DNA from: Patescibacteria group bacterium
GTDB lineage: Bacteria > Patescibacteriota > UBA1384 > JBAYJO01
Assembly: GCA_041665085.1 (NCBI GenBank)
Contig: JBAYJO010000001.1
Span: forward strand, 40,671 to 104,670
Reading direction: 5' to 3'
DNA length: 64,000 bases
This document shows positions 20,231 to 29,395 of the stretch, in pieces. The notes beneath the pieces are model-generated. The model did not search any database, had not been told where the DNA came from, and saw only the letters and a list, made by a program, of their open reading frames with translations. Every line of letters starts with the position of its first letter. The stretch's first letter is position 1. The translations under genes were made by a program, and so were the position numbers.

Positions 20231-20308
20231 GTCATTTAGACCGAGCTAGCAAGCGAGCGGAGGAATATTGCATTATAAATTAGATCTCTCGACAAGCTCG
20301 AGATGACA
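20231..20308. repeat. REP-like GTCAT...ATGAC element
   Basis: GTCATTTAGACCGAGC...TCTCGACAAGCTCGAGATGAC with terminal complementarity. Confidence 0.6.
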
Positions 20309-20333
20309 GTTTTATTTTTTAAAAGGAATGTGT

Positions 20334-20846
20334 ATGGAAGATAAGCTTATTTTAGTTAATGAGCAGGATGAAGAGGTTGGAACCGAAGTTAAACTTGAGG
20401 TTCACGAAAAAGGCGCATTACATCGTGCTTTTTCTATTTTGGTTTTCGATTCATCGAAAAAGTTGATTATACAAAAACGGGCGGAAGGGAAGTATCATTC
20501 CGGTGGGCTTTGGGCAAATACTTGCTGCTCTCATCCTAGAGAGGGTGAAAAACTCGATGTGGCTATTCACAGGAGATTAAAAGAAGAAATGGGTTTTGAT
20601 TGTCAGTTGGAAGAAAAATTTTCATTTATATATGAAGTGAAATTAAATGATCTCAAAGAGCATGAATTTGATCATGTTTTTTTTGGTAATTATGATGGTG
20701 AAATTGAGCCTAATCCTAAAGAAGTTTCCGAAATAAAACGGGTGAGCTGGAGCGAATTAAGTCAGGATGTAGAAAAAAACCCAGATCAATATGCATATTG
20801 GTTTAAGATTATTGTTCGAGAGATAAATCAAAGAAAATTTATTTAA
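20334..20846 (+). CDS. idi: Isopentenyl-diphosphate delta-isomerase type 1
   Basis: LHRAFS, WANTCCSHP, EHEFDHVF. Confidence 0.95.
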   Translation: MEDKLILVNEQDEEVGTEVKLEVHEKGALHRAFSILVFDSSKKLIIQKRAEGKYHSGGLWANTCCSHPREGEKLDVAIHRRLKEEMGFDCQLEEKFSFIYEVKLNDLKEHEFDHVFFGNYDGEIEPNPKEVSEIKRVSWSELSQDVEKNPDQYAYWFKIIVREINQRKFI

Positions 20847-20861
20847 AAATAATTAATTAAT

Positions 20862-20981
20862 AATTTCTAATTTCTAATTTCTAATTAATTTCCAATATTT
20901 TAAATGTTTAATGTTAAATCCTTGATTATCCTTTGATCATTTATTAATTAGGATTTATTTAGTAATTAGTAATTAGAAATT
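20862..20981. repeat. CTAATTT heptamer foldback element
   Basis: (TTTCTAA)n left arm and (AATTAG[T/A])n right arm. Confidence 0.75.
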
Positions 20982-20993
20982 TTGTAATTTTAG

Positions 20994-22076
20994 CTAGTAT
21001 TCTCGATATATCATATAGTGAGCAATGCCAAGCAGGAAGTCTTTTCCTTCTGAATTGAGTTCTATTTTTTCTAATGCATCGATTGCCTCATCAACTAATT
21101 TTTTGGCAAAATCCCTAGATTTATCCAATGCTCCGGTTTCAATAATTATTTTTTTTACATCTTCATGGTCTTCATTTGTGATATTTTTATTACCTAGATT
21201 TCTATTTATTATTTCTTTTTGAGCAGGCGAAGCCGATTCAAGAGCGTCAAAAATTAAAAGAGTTTTTTTGCCTTCCCTAATATCTGAAATAACAGGTTTG
21301 CCTATTTTTTCTTCAGAACCAAACATCCCAATTATGTCATCTTGAATTTGAAAAGCGGTGCCCATTGGTATGGTGTATTTTTCAAGATTTGTGATTTGTT
21401 CTTCTGTTGCGCCGGCAAGGATTGCCCCAAGTTTTACCGGTGTGTCAAAGGTATAAGGAGCTGTTTTTAATTCTTGAATCAAAATAATATCTTTTTTTGT
21501 AATATTTTCAGTGATTTGCGTAATTAAATCTAACGCTTCTCCGTAAATTTCTCGTTCATAAGTTTTGTTTAGCTCGGCAATTGCTTTTGATTGATTTTGA
21601 ATGTCAAAATTTGATGTAACTATGATTTCATTTGAATAAGCACAGGCTAAATCGCCAGCTAAAATTGCAATTGAAGTGCCGAAGTGGCGAGGATCAATTT
21701 TATTTTTGTATTTTTCATTGGCAATTTTCTCATAATCAGCGTGAATTGTTGTTTTGCCTCGTCTTAGTGAATCGTTGTCGATAATATCGTCATGAATTAA
21801 GAGAAAAGTTTGAGAGATTTCCATTGCCATTGATGCGTTTAAAGCGGATTTAGTATCTATTCCATCGTGAGCAAGATAACTGTAGTAGGCAAGTGCGGCG
21901 CGAATTCTTTTGCCTCCTCGAAGCGTCATATCTTTCACATGTTCGGCCAGTGCTTCGGCGTGAGGTGAGATATTTTTGGCATTTTCCACTTTTTGAGATA
22001 AAAATTTATCTAATTCAAGATCAATTTTAAGTTTAAAGTCTTGCAGTTGATTTATTGCTGTATTTATCTCGACCAT
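20994..22076 (-). CDS. Polyprenyl diphosphate synthase (IspA/GGPPS family)
   Basis: GGKRIR, LIHDDIIDNDSLRRG, FQIQDD. Confidence 0.95.
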   Translation of the reverse strand: MVEINTAINQLQDFKLKIDLELDKFLSQKVENAKNISPHAEALAEHVKDMTLRGGKRIRAALAYYSYLAHDGIDTKSALNASMAMEISQTFLLIHDDIIDNDSLRRGKTTIHADYEKIANEKYKNKIDPRHFGTSIAILAGDLACAYSNEIIVTSNFDIQNQSKAIAELNKTYEREIYGEALDLITQITENITKKDIILIQELKTAPYTFDTPVKLGAILAGATEEQITNLEKYTIPMGTAFQIQDDIIGMFGSEEKIGKPVISDIREGKKTLLIFDALESASPAQKEIINRNLGNKNITNEDHEDVKKIIIETGALDKSRDFAKKLVDEAIDALEKIELNSEGKDFLLGIAHYMIYREY

Positions 22077-22085
22077 ATTTTCCTT

Positions 22086-23864
22086 TTAAATTATTTCTAA
22101 TACTTTTTTGCAAATTCCATTAGCTGTTAAGCCATATTTTTCTCTAAGTTCGTTAATTTCTCCGTGTTCGATGAAATCTTCAATTCCAATTCTTACAACT
22201 TGAGTGTCTTGAATGTTTTGTTTTTGAAGCTCTTCCAAAATTGCGGAGCCAAAACCACCATCTAAAATATTTTCCTCAACAGTGATTATTTTACCGGTTT
22301 TTGCGGCATTTTTTACCATTTCCGAATCAATCGGTTTTACTGACCTGGCGTTATATACTGTTGCGTGGATATCATTCTTTTTAAGTAGATTTGATGCCTC
22401 AATAGCGGGATAGACCATGGATCCGATGGCTAAAATTGCAGCGTTGTTTCCTCGTCTTAACTTTTCTGCTTTTCCGATCTCGAGTTTTTCAAGAGTTCGG
22501 TTCATTGCGCTTCCGATGCCTGTCCCGCGAGGATAGCGAATGGCAATTGGACCTTCAGTGTATTGGGTGGCAGTGTAAAGCATATGCTGGAGTTCGTTTT
22601 CATCTTTTGGCGCCAAAATTATCATATGCGGGATATTTCTTAAATATGACAGGTCAAAAGCTCCGTGATGAGTTGGTCCATCGGATCCAACAAGGCCGGC
22701 TCGGTCAATCGCAAAAATTACTGGAATTTTTTGCAAAGCAACATCATGTAAGATTTGGTCGTAACTTCTTTGAAGAAAAGTGGAGTAAATGGCAACAACC
22801 GGTTTAAATCCTTCAAGCGCCAGGGCGGATGCAAATACAACAGCGTGTTCTTCAGCAATACCAGTATCGAAGAATCTCTCGGGGAATTCAAGAGCGAATT
22901 TATCGATTCCTGTTCCCGCAGGCATGGCTGCGGTTATGGCTATGATTTTTTTATCTTTTTTTGCCAGCTTAATTAAGGTATTGCCAAAGACTTTAGTGTA
23001 GGTTAGTTTTTTGGTGTCTTTGGATGTTTTTCCTGATTCCAAAATAAATGGGCTGGTTGAGTGAAATGCAGGGGGATTGTGTTCGGAGTAGTAATATCCA
23101 AGACCTTTTTTTGTTTCAATATGAATCAGTTTTGGTCCTGGTGTTTCTTGGGCAAGATTAAACACATCAATTAATTGTTTAATGTCGTGCCCATCGATGG
23201 GACCGAAATATTTAAATCCAAGAGAATGAAATATTGATTCAATATCGGTGTGAGGCTCTCCATTCATATGAATAGAGGAAAGTTTTTCCAGATAATTGGC
23301 TATGCCTCCGGTATTTTTTGAGATGGAAAATTTATTATCATTTAAAATTACTGTAAGATCGGTTTCTGTTGAACCAACATTATTTATACCTTCAAAAGTT
23401 AAGCCATTTGTTAGGCTGCCATCCCCGATAATTGCAACAACATGATTTTTTTCTTTTTTTAGATCGCGAGCTTGAGCAAAACCTAGCGCAGCCGAAACAG
23501 CCGTTCCGACATGACCGGCTCCATAGCAGTCGTGCTCGCTTTCTTCTCTTTTCAAATATCCACTTAGCCCGTCTTTTAATCTTAATGTTGAAAATTTTTC
23601 ATATCTTCCGGTGAGTAGTTTGTGTGTGTATGCCTGATGTCCGACATCCCAGACGATTTTATCTTCAGGGGAATTATATGAGTAGTGAAGTGCGATTGTG
23701 AGTTCGACTGTTCCCAAGTTTGGGGCTAAATGGCCACCGTTTTTTGCAACGGTTTTAATAAGGACTGTTCTGATTTCTTCAGATAGTTTTTTTAGCTGGG
23801 TAATCGGTAGCTTCTTTAAGTTTTTCGGACCTTTAATTTTTTTGAGTAAAGATTTTTTAAACAT
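22086..23864 (-). CDS. dxs: 1-deoxy-D-xylulose-5-phosphate synthase
   Basis: GGHLAPNLG, WDVGHQAY, IGDG TPP motif, DRAGLVGSDGPTHHG. Confidence 0.96.
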   Translation of the reverse strand: MFKKSLLKKIKGPKNLKKLPITQLKKLSEEIRTVLIKTVAKNGGHLAPNLGTVELTIALHYSYNSPEDKIVWDVGHQAYTHKLLTGRYEKFSTLRLKDGLSGYLKREESEHDCYGAGHVGTAVSAALGFAQARDLKKEKNHVVAIIGDGSLTNGLTFEGINNVGSTETDLTVILNDNKFSISKNTGGIANYLEKLSSIHMNGEPHTDIESIFHSLGFKYFGPIDGHDIKQLIDVFNLAQETPGPKLIHIETKKGLGYYYSEHNPPAFHSTSPFILESGKTSKDTKKLTYTKVFGNTLIKLAKKDKKIIAITAAMPAGTGIDKFALEFPERFFDTGIAEEHAVVFASALALEGFKPVVAIYSTFLQRSYDQILHDVALQKIPVIFAIDRAGLVGSDGPTHHGAFDLSYLRNIPHMIILAPKDENELQHMLYTATQYTEGPIAIRYPRGTGIGSAMNRTLEKLEIGKAEKLRRGNNAAILAIGSMVYPAIEASNLLKKNDIHATVYNARSVKPIDSEMVKNAAKTGKIITVEENILDGGFGSAILEELQKQNIQDTQVVRIGIEDFIEHGEINELREKYGLTANGICKKVLEII

Positions 23865-24359
23865 CAGATTTATTTAATTGCTAATATTCGAATACTCTGT
23901 GGCTTGTCACAGAGATGAAGAATACTAAGATAGTACTTGTCGGACTTCGACGAGCTCAGTCGAGTCGCGGAGCCGACTTCCTCTGCAACGCACCCACCAT
24001 GATATCCTGCCAAAGCGGGGTTGGGTTCATTGATATTCTTAATATAGCAGGATTATGCAAAAATACTCAAGATCCGATTGATTTATCGTTGTTTGAGATG
24101 GTACATTGTGTTTAAATACAATTATGGCAAGTGAAAGAGAAATTAGGAAATTTGGTTTTTTCAAACTAACAGAGATTATTTTGGGTCGCTCCGAAGCGAA
24201 GCGGTAGTTATTTAATGCATTTTTTTAGAATACTTTTATATTATTTATCAGTCAGAAAACAAAACCCCCAGGTCCTTTGACAGAACTGGGGGGATTTAGC
24301 TTATTAACATGATCAGCGTGGGTGGTTATCAAAAGAAAAGTGATGTGTCCTCTAAGCTC

Positions 24360-24686
24360 CTATAGCAATTTACGAAGTTGGTTTGCCAGCTCTGGGAGAT
24401 CTTCTTCAACAACTTTCCAAACCTCATCAACATTCACATAATCGTATTCATGGACTAAGAGATTGCGCATCCCAATTGCTTCCTTAATGGGGAGATCGGG
24501 ATTTTTTTCTCTTAAATCGGTAGATAATTTTTTTGCTGCTTCACCTAAAATTTCCAAATTTCTCATAACAGCGTCTTGTATGAGCTTAGTGTTGGCGAAT
24601 TTTATGTAATCATAACCTTTACAGTATTCAAGAATCTGATCCGTAGCATCTAGCATATCTTTAAGATAAACTTCATCTTTTTTCAT
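24360..24686 (-). CDS. HepT/DUF86 HEPN ribonuclease toxin
   Basis: RNLEILGEA and MRNLLVHEY (RX4HXY). Confidence 0.92.
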   Translation of the reverse strand: MKKDEVYLKDMLDATDQILEYCKGYDYIKFANTKLIQDAVMRNLEILGEAAKKLSTDLREKNPDLPIKEAIGMRNLLVHEYDYVNVDEVWKVVEEDLPELANQLRKLL

Positions 24687-24972
24687 ATAGAACTTTCGTA
24701 TCATTCAAAATATTTTTTTTGATACTTGGTTTAATGTTTTTTCTAGAGACCAGATCGACTGGTCGACCGAGCATTTCCTCTAAATCATATTGGATGCCCC
24801 CAATTTTCATAAGTGATTTAGTTTCTTCGAAATCAACCATTATATCAATATCGCTATCATCTTTCTCTTCTCCACGAGCAAAAGAACCAAAAATTCCAAA
24901 GTAATTAATTTGGTTTTTTTGGCAGTAGTCTTGAAGCTCAATTTTATTGTCGATTAGGAGTTGTTTTTTCAT
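24673..24972 (-). CDS. Minimal nucleotidyltransferase (MntA) antitoxin
   Basis: FGSFARGE...SDIDI. Confidence 0.93.
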   Translation of the reverse strand: MKKQLLIDNKIELQDYCQKNQINYFGIFGSFARGEEKDDSDIDIMVDFEETKSLMKIGGIQYDLEEMLGRPVDLVSRKNIKPSIKKNILNDTKVLYEKR

Positions 24973-25101
24973 AACTTAATTTTATCAAATATTGCTCATT
25001 TTGCATATAGTAGAATTCATTAGCGTTCTAGTATGTTGTGGGTTTAAAATGTTTTTTTGAGGTAATATATAAATTAGATATTGAATCTATTTAGGAGGGA
25101 A

Positions 25102-25551
25102 GTGAAAAAAGTTTCACAGGCAATTTGGCTTGATTCTAAAAAAATTGAAAAACCTGTGAATTTAAGAAAAAAAACTTGGGCTTTTTTAATTTTTGAGCTT
25201 GAAAAAATGGATTATGATGATTTAATACAGCATTTAGGGGATTTGGGTTATGGTAATGCTAAAAAATTAGATAAATTCAAAGCATTGAAAATAATTGCTG
25301 ATTGCCCAGCGCCTTTTCTTTTGAGAATTGGAATTTTAAATTTTGCTGATTTGATGAGTAATACAGTTATTTCTTTAGACGAAGGTGTTGAATATATTAT
25401 TGATAAAAAAGCGGCAGATGAATTAAAATCAAGTACGCAATCTGTTGATCTAATTAGACTTTACGATAATAAATTAAAAAGGTTTGATCGAAAAGAAATT
25501 ATCCAATCAATATTTTCAGAAAAAGTTTTTGACCAACTATCTGAAAATTAA
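25102..25551 (+). CDS. Hypothetical protein (apparently chimeric 5' end)
   Basis: GTG start after AGGAGG; 5' region shared with 26570..26651. Confidence 0.65.
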   Translation: MKKVSQAIWLDSKKIEKPVNLRKKTWAFLIFELEKMDYDDLIQHLGDLGYGNAKKLDKFKALKIIADCPAPFLLRIGILNFADLMSNTVISLDEGVEYIIDKKAADELKSSTQSVDLIRLYDNKLKRFDRKEIIQSIFSEKVFDQLSEN

Positions 25552-25564
25552 TAATTATTAGAAT

Positions 25565-25897
25565 TTATTTAAAATATTTTTTTTCCCAATCTTTAAAAAT
25601 GGCAATAAATTCTTGCCAAAGTTTTTCAGGATCGCCAGGAATGTGATGATCAGGAAGTTCCAAATCTCCCGCGACTGTTGCTATGTCAAACATTTCTTCG
25701 TCTTTTTCTATTTCCGGATCGAACATAAGTTCGGCAATTTGATAAGCAGTTTCTTTTCTGTCGATTTCTTTTTTCTCTAGTTTATCTAAAACTTTATTAA
25801 CAAAATCAACGAATTTTTTTCGTTCTTTGAATTTCTTTTTTTCTTCTTCAGGCGATAAATTTGTTTGTTCTGAAAAGATTTTCATAAAGTGTTTCAT
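25565..25897 (-). CDS. Hypothetical acidic helical protein
   Basis: 110-aa ORF coupled to the upstream small ORF. Confidence 0.65.
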   Translation of the reverse strand: MKHFMKIFSEQTNLSPEEEKKKFKERKKFVDFVNKVLDKLEKKEIDRKETAYQIAELMFDPEIEKDEEMFDIATVAGDLELPDHHIPGDPEKLWQEFIAIFKDWEKKYFK

Positions 25898-25900
25898 ATT

Positions 25901-26113
25901 TTATTTTGAAGAAGTAATATCATTAAATGCTTTTATTACATCTTCCTTCTCAAATTCATCAAGAGCTAGAATATAATCGATTTCTCTGATTTTTTCTGGT
26001 TCACAATAAAAAACTAATCCAACTTTATCGGCAATGAATTTCAATTGATTTTTAGAGAGTTTAACTAATTTTTTTTTGAAATTTTCAAATTCTTTTTTAG
26101 TAAATTCAGACAT
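25901..26113 (-). CDS. Hypothetical protein
   Basis: 70-aa ORF with AGGAG RBS. Confidence 0.6.
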   Translation of the reverse strand: MSEFTKKEFENFKKKLVKLSKNQLKFIADKVGLVFYCEPEKIREIDYILALDEFEKEDVIKAFNDITSSK

Positions 26114-26172
26114 ATTTGCTCCTATTAATCTTATTTATTGAGTGAGAGGACGAATGCCCTCTCACTCAGAGC

Positions 26173-26457
26173 TCATTGTTTGTTGACGGGTATGTCAACG
26201 GGCTGGCTGTTGTATCCTGGCGTGTCGTAGTTGTGGCCAACCTTTTCTGTATCACAACCACGGTTACTCACTGTTCTCTGGGTGTCTGTGTGGATGACTC
26301 CAGTTTTGTCTGGATGTTCTGGTGAAAACCTGATTCTTGTTTCTTTCGAGCTTCCGCCTGAGCCGCCACTACTCCCAGAGCTTTTATCACCTCCCGACGA
26401 GCCGGATTCGCCGCCCGATGACGGGCTAGTTCCGAAAATGGCATCCCATAAACCCAT
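26173..26457 (-). CDS. Gly/Ser-rich small protein (GC-richer standalone gene)
   Basis: GAGGTG RBS, TTGACA-N16-TATACT promoter (26503..26530), hairpin 26139..26168. Confidence 0.65.
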   Translation of the reverse strand: MGLWDAIFGTSPSSGGESGSSGGDKSSGSSGGSGGSSKETRIRFSPEHPDKTGVIHTDTQRTVSNRGCDTEKVGHNYDTPGYNSQPVDIPVNKQ

Positions 26458-26624
26458 TACTGCACCTCTATTTGTGTGCGAATGCATGTGTTCTTATTGC
26501 TAAGTATATGTTGTTTTATCAAGCTGTCAAGAGTTCATTACTTTTTTTATGGATTAAAATATTGTATTCAAATGTTTTTTTGAGGTAATATATAAATTAG
26601 AGATAGAATCTATTTAGGAGGGAA

Positions 26625-26669
26625 GTGAATAAAGTTTTGAGGGCAATTTGGAATGAATTTATTGTCTAA
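26625..26669 (+). pseudogene. Truncated 5' remnant of a UbiA-like gene
   Basis: Reads VNKVLRAIWNEFIV* versus MKKVLKVIWNEFIY at 33668; retains AGGAGG RBS. Confidence 0.6.
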
Positions 26670-26673
26670 AAAT

Positions 26674-27639
26674 TTACTTCTCTATGATTTGTAGTTTTAG
26701 TTCCAAAAAATTTGTATCTAGTTCTAAGATTTGTTCTTCTTTGTCTTTTATTTTTAGCCAATCTTCAATTAAATGGCATTTTTCTCCTAGAATTTCTTTT
26801 GCGATTTGATACCCCGAAGCGCATGCCGGATACATTCCTTTTCCAGTAAGTCCGGAGGCTAATCCCGCGGCATCACCTGCAAGATAAATATTATCAAATT
26901 TGTATCCTTGATAATCATAGTTTATTATTGACCCAGCGAATTTTCCTTTTGAAATATCAATATTATTTTTTTCAATCCATCTTTTCAAATTTTGAGTTAG
27001 CAATGGTAGGTTGGGGGATTTGTAATCAACTGCTGCTCCGACAGAAGTAAATTTATTATTTGGAAATATCCAAGCATAACCTTTATCAAATAATTGTTCA
27101 TCAACAAACATTTCGAAATCAGGATAAACCTTGGGAATGGTGTAATGGACAGCAGCTATAAATTTTTTTGTTTCGAGGCCAAGGAATTTTCGAACTATTG
27201 AAAATGAGCCGTCAGCACCAATTAAATATTTGAAATTTATTTCTAATCCATTAGCGGTTAGTTTATTTTTTTCAATATTTGTTATTTTTTGACCTAATTT
27301 AATATCAATATTCTTAAATTCAGAAAGTTCGTTTTTAAGTTTATTTAAAAAATCAGGCCTGCAAATTGAAGAGATCAAGCTCTGGTTAGTTGGCATTCTG
27401 TGTTTTTTATTTTTAGTTACGATTACTAGAGGTTTAAGGGAAAAGTTCATGCTTGATTCAGGAATAAATTGTATATCTTCGTCTTCTACGCCATAACCGC
27501 AGGGTTTTAATCCCAGTTCATTATTTTTTTCTAAAACCAAAACGTTTATGTTAGAATTTCCTAGCGCTTTTGCACAGTTTAATCCTGCAAAGCTTGCACC
27601 GATTATTACAATGTCATAAAAGTTTATTATCTTTTGCAT
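26674..27639 (-). CDS. Geranylgeranyl reductase-family FAD oxidoreductase
   Basis: IIGASFAG, KPCG, IGADG, GYAWIFP, GDAAGLASGLTGKG. Confidence 0.88.
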   Translation of the reverse strand: MQKIINFYDIVIIGASFAGLNCAKALGNSNINVLVLEKNNELGLKPCGYGVEDEDIQFIPESSMNFSLKPLVIVTKNKKHRMPTNQSLISSICRPDFLNKLKNELSEFKNIDIKLGQKITNIEKNKLTANGLEINFKYLIGADGSFSIVRKFLGLETKKFIAAVHYTIPKVYPDFEMFVDEQLFDKGYAWIFPNNKFTSVGAAVDYKSPNLPLLTQNLKRWIEKNNIDISKGKFAGSIINYDYQGYKFDNIYLAGDAAGLASGLTGKGMYPACASGYQIAKEILGEKCHLIEDWLKIKDKEEQILELDTNFLELKLQIIEK

Positions 27640-27734
27640 GAGTTAATTTTATTTTAATAAATTGATTTTTGCAATAAATTTTCTTTTGTTATTTGAGTTG
27701 ATTTAATTAATAAATCGAGCTAATTTAGAGTTAA

Positions 27735-27838
27735 TGAAAAATCAAATAATAAAAATTGGAAAACCTGTAAATTTAAAAAAAAGACTTGGATTTTTTTAAT
27801 TTCTGGGCTTGAAAAAATTGATTATAGTAATTTATTAC
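27735..27838 (+). pseudogene. Decayed 5' fragment homologous to 25102..25551
   Basis: AAAATTGGAAAACCTGTAAATTTAAAAAAAAGACTTGG...GCTTGAAAAAATTGATTAT aligns with 25142..25226. Confidence 0.65.
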
Positions 27839-27912
27839 GGTAATCATCAGGTTAAAATCGTTCACGGAACAGAAATATTTCGTTAATAAATTCTTTTGTC
27901 ATCGATATTAAT

Positions 27913-28620
27913 CTATTTAGTCTTTGATTCATTCTCGATCAAAAATGGGTTGAAATTTGTTTTGTCATCAAAAGCGTCTTCCTTTTCCTCTTTTTTCAAA
28001 AAGCTTACAACTCGATAAGTCAAGGGGGTCATGATAACTTCTACACCCGTTTTGAATAAATAATTTGAAATAATAATTGTCAAGACAATGCCTGGGTTAA
28101 GGATTCCAATAAACGCAATACTAACAAAGAGTACAGAATCAACAAGTTCCCCCACTAAAGTCGATCCTATCGTCCTAGTCCATAACCATTTTCCCTTTGT
28201 AAAGACCTTCATCTTCGCCAAAATGTAGCTATTTGTAAATTCTCCAGCCCAGTATGCTATTAATGATGCTAGCACAATACGAGGAACTAAACTGAACAAG
28301 GCTTTAAATGCATCATTCCACTGCCAACTTTCATTTGGCGGAATTGCCGCCACAATAGCAAGCGTAATAGCCATAAGTATTGCCGAGATAAAACCGGTCC
28401 AGATAACCTTGCGTGATCCCGAATATCCGTACACCTCAGTTAATATATCGCCAAAGATATAGGAGAGAGGGAATAGTAATGTGCCACCATCAAATACAAA
28501 AGGGCCAATATTAATAATTTTGGTTGAGGCAATATTGCTGATTAACAGAACAGCTACAAAAAGGCCGGTGATTATAGGAAACCATTTATAATTTTCTAAT
28601 TTTCTTTCAGAGTTCTTCAT
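27913..28620 (-). CDS. yhhQ: Queuosine precursor transporter (YhhQ/VUT family)
   Basis: ISNIASTK, FPLSYIFGDILTEVYG, PRIVLASLIAY, RTIGST. Confidence 0.9.
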   Translation of the reverse strand: MKNSERKLENYKWFPIITGLFVAVLLISNIASTKIINIGPFVFDGGTLLFPLSYIFGDILTEVYGYSGSRKVIWTGFISAILMAITLAIVAAIPPNESWQWNDAFKALFSLVPRIVLASLIAYWAGEFTNSYILAKMKVFTKGKWLWTRTIGSTLVGELVDSVLFVSIAFIGILNPGIVLTIIISNYLFKTGVEVIMTPLTYRVVSFLKKEEKEDAFDDKTNFNPFLIENESKTK

Positions 28621-28689
28621 AATTCATACATTTAATAATTAATATTGTTTAATTTGTATAATCTGGTAGGCTGTTCTAACACGAACAGC

Positions 28690-29310
28690 CTACCATGGAG
28701 ATAGTGGGGAGATGAAGCTCATCGCTTTTTGGACCGTTTCATCGATAGGTTTCTCATTGCACAGAACTATCCAATGAATTGGCTTCACAGAGAACGTTTC
28801 TATTAGTCGATCGAAGCACTCTTTATCGGCAACGTTTTTCTCAGCCATTCCTAGTTGAGTGTTGTCGAAATCAAGTAGGGCTGTTTCTCTGTTCGAGAAC
28901 CTTTCAATCGCCACTTCTGGAGAAGTTTCTAGATATATCAACTTCAAATCAGTGTAGCGGTTCAGTATCCCTAGTAATCTTGGATCCAGATCAGGAACAA
29001 ACTTTCCATTAACAAGCCCTGCTGATTTGCGAAGTGCTTTGGTCCGTCTAATGGAGAAATGTCCGTCAATAAGCAGTAGCTCGCTCTTTGATGCTAAAAA
29101 ACGCATCAGCACGAGCCAAGCGGCTCGTTCAATAAAGTCGTCGTGGTAAGGACCAATCTGATCCCAACCTGAGAGTCCCTCTGTTCCCCCAATCTCGACT
29201 ACGAGTTGACGTTGCTTGGCTGTTAGGCAGCCAGTCATACTTTGTATGACCGAGCATAGTGTTGTTTTGCCGGCACCATGATTACCTCCCACTACTGCTA
29301 CCTGTTTCAC
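28690..29310 (-). CDS. P-loop nucleotide kinase-like protein (GC-richer standalone gene)
   Basis: GGNHGAGKTT, LLIDGHF; GTG start after AAGGAGG; promoter 29345..29372; hairpin 28667..28692. Confidence 0.75.
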   Translation of the reverse strand: MKQVAVVGGNHGAGKTTLCSVIQSMTGCLTAKQRQLVVEIGGTEGLSGWDQIGPYHDDFIERAAWLVLMRFLASKSELLLIDGHFSIRRTKALRKSAGLVNGKFVPDLDPRLLGILNRYTDLKLIYLETSPEVAIERFSNRETALLDFDNTQLGMAEKNVADKECFDRLIETFSVKPIHWIVLCNEKPIDETVQKAMSFISPLSPW

Positions 29311-29395
29311 GCACAGCACCTCCTTATCTGTGAATACTCCATCTAATATACTAGATACCGAACTTTTGTCAATACAAATCGACAAGCCCTACTTC

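Noticed and set aside
23880-24030. TPP riboswitch upstream of dxs
   Set aside because: Lacks the CTGAGA...ACCTGA...GCGTAGGGA core.
28621-28692. preQ1 riboswitch upstream of yhhQ
   Set aside because: Only the terminator hairpin of the preceding gene is present; no preQ1 loop consensus or A-rich tail.
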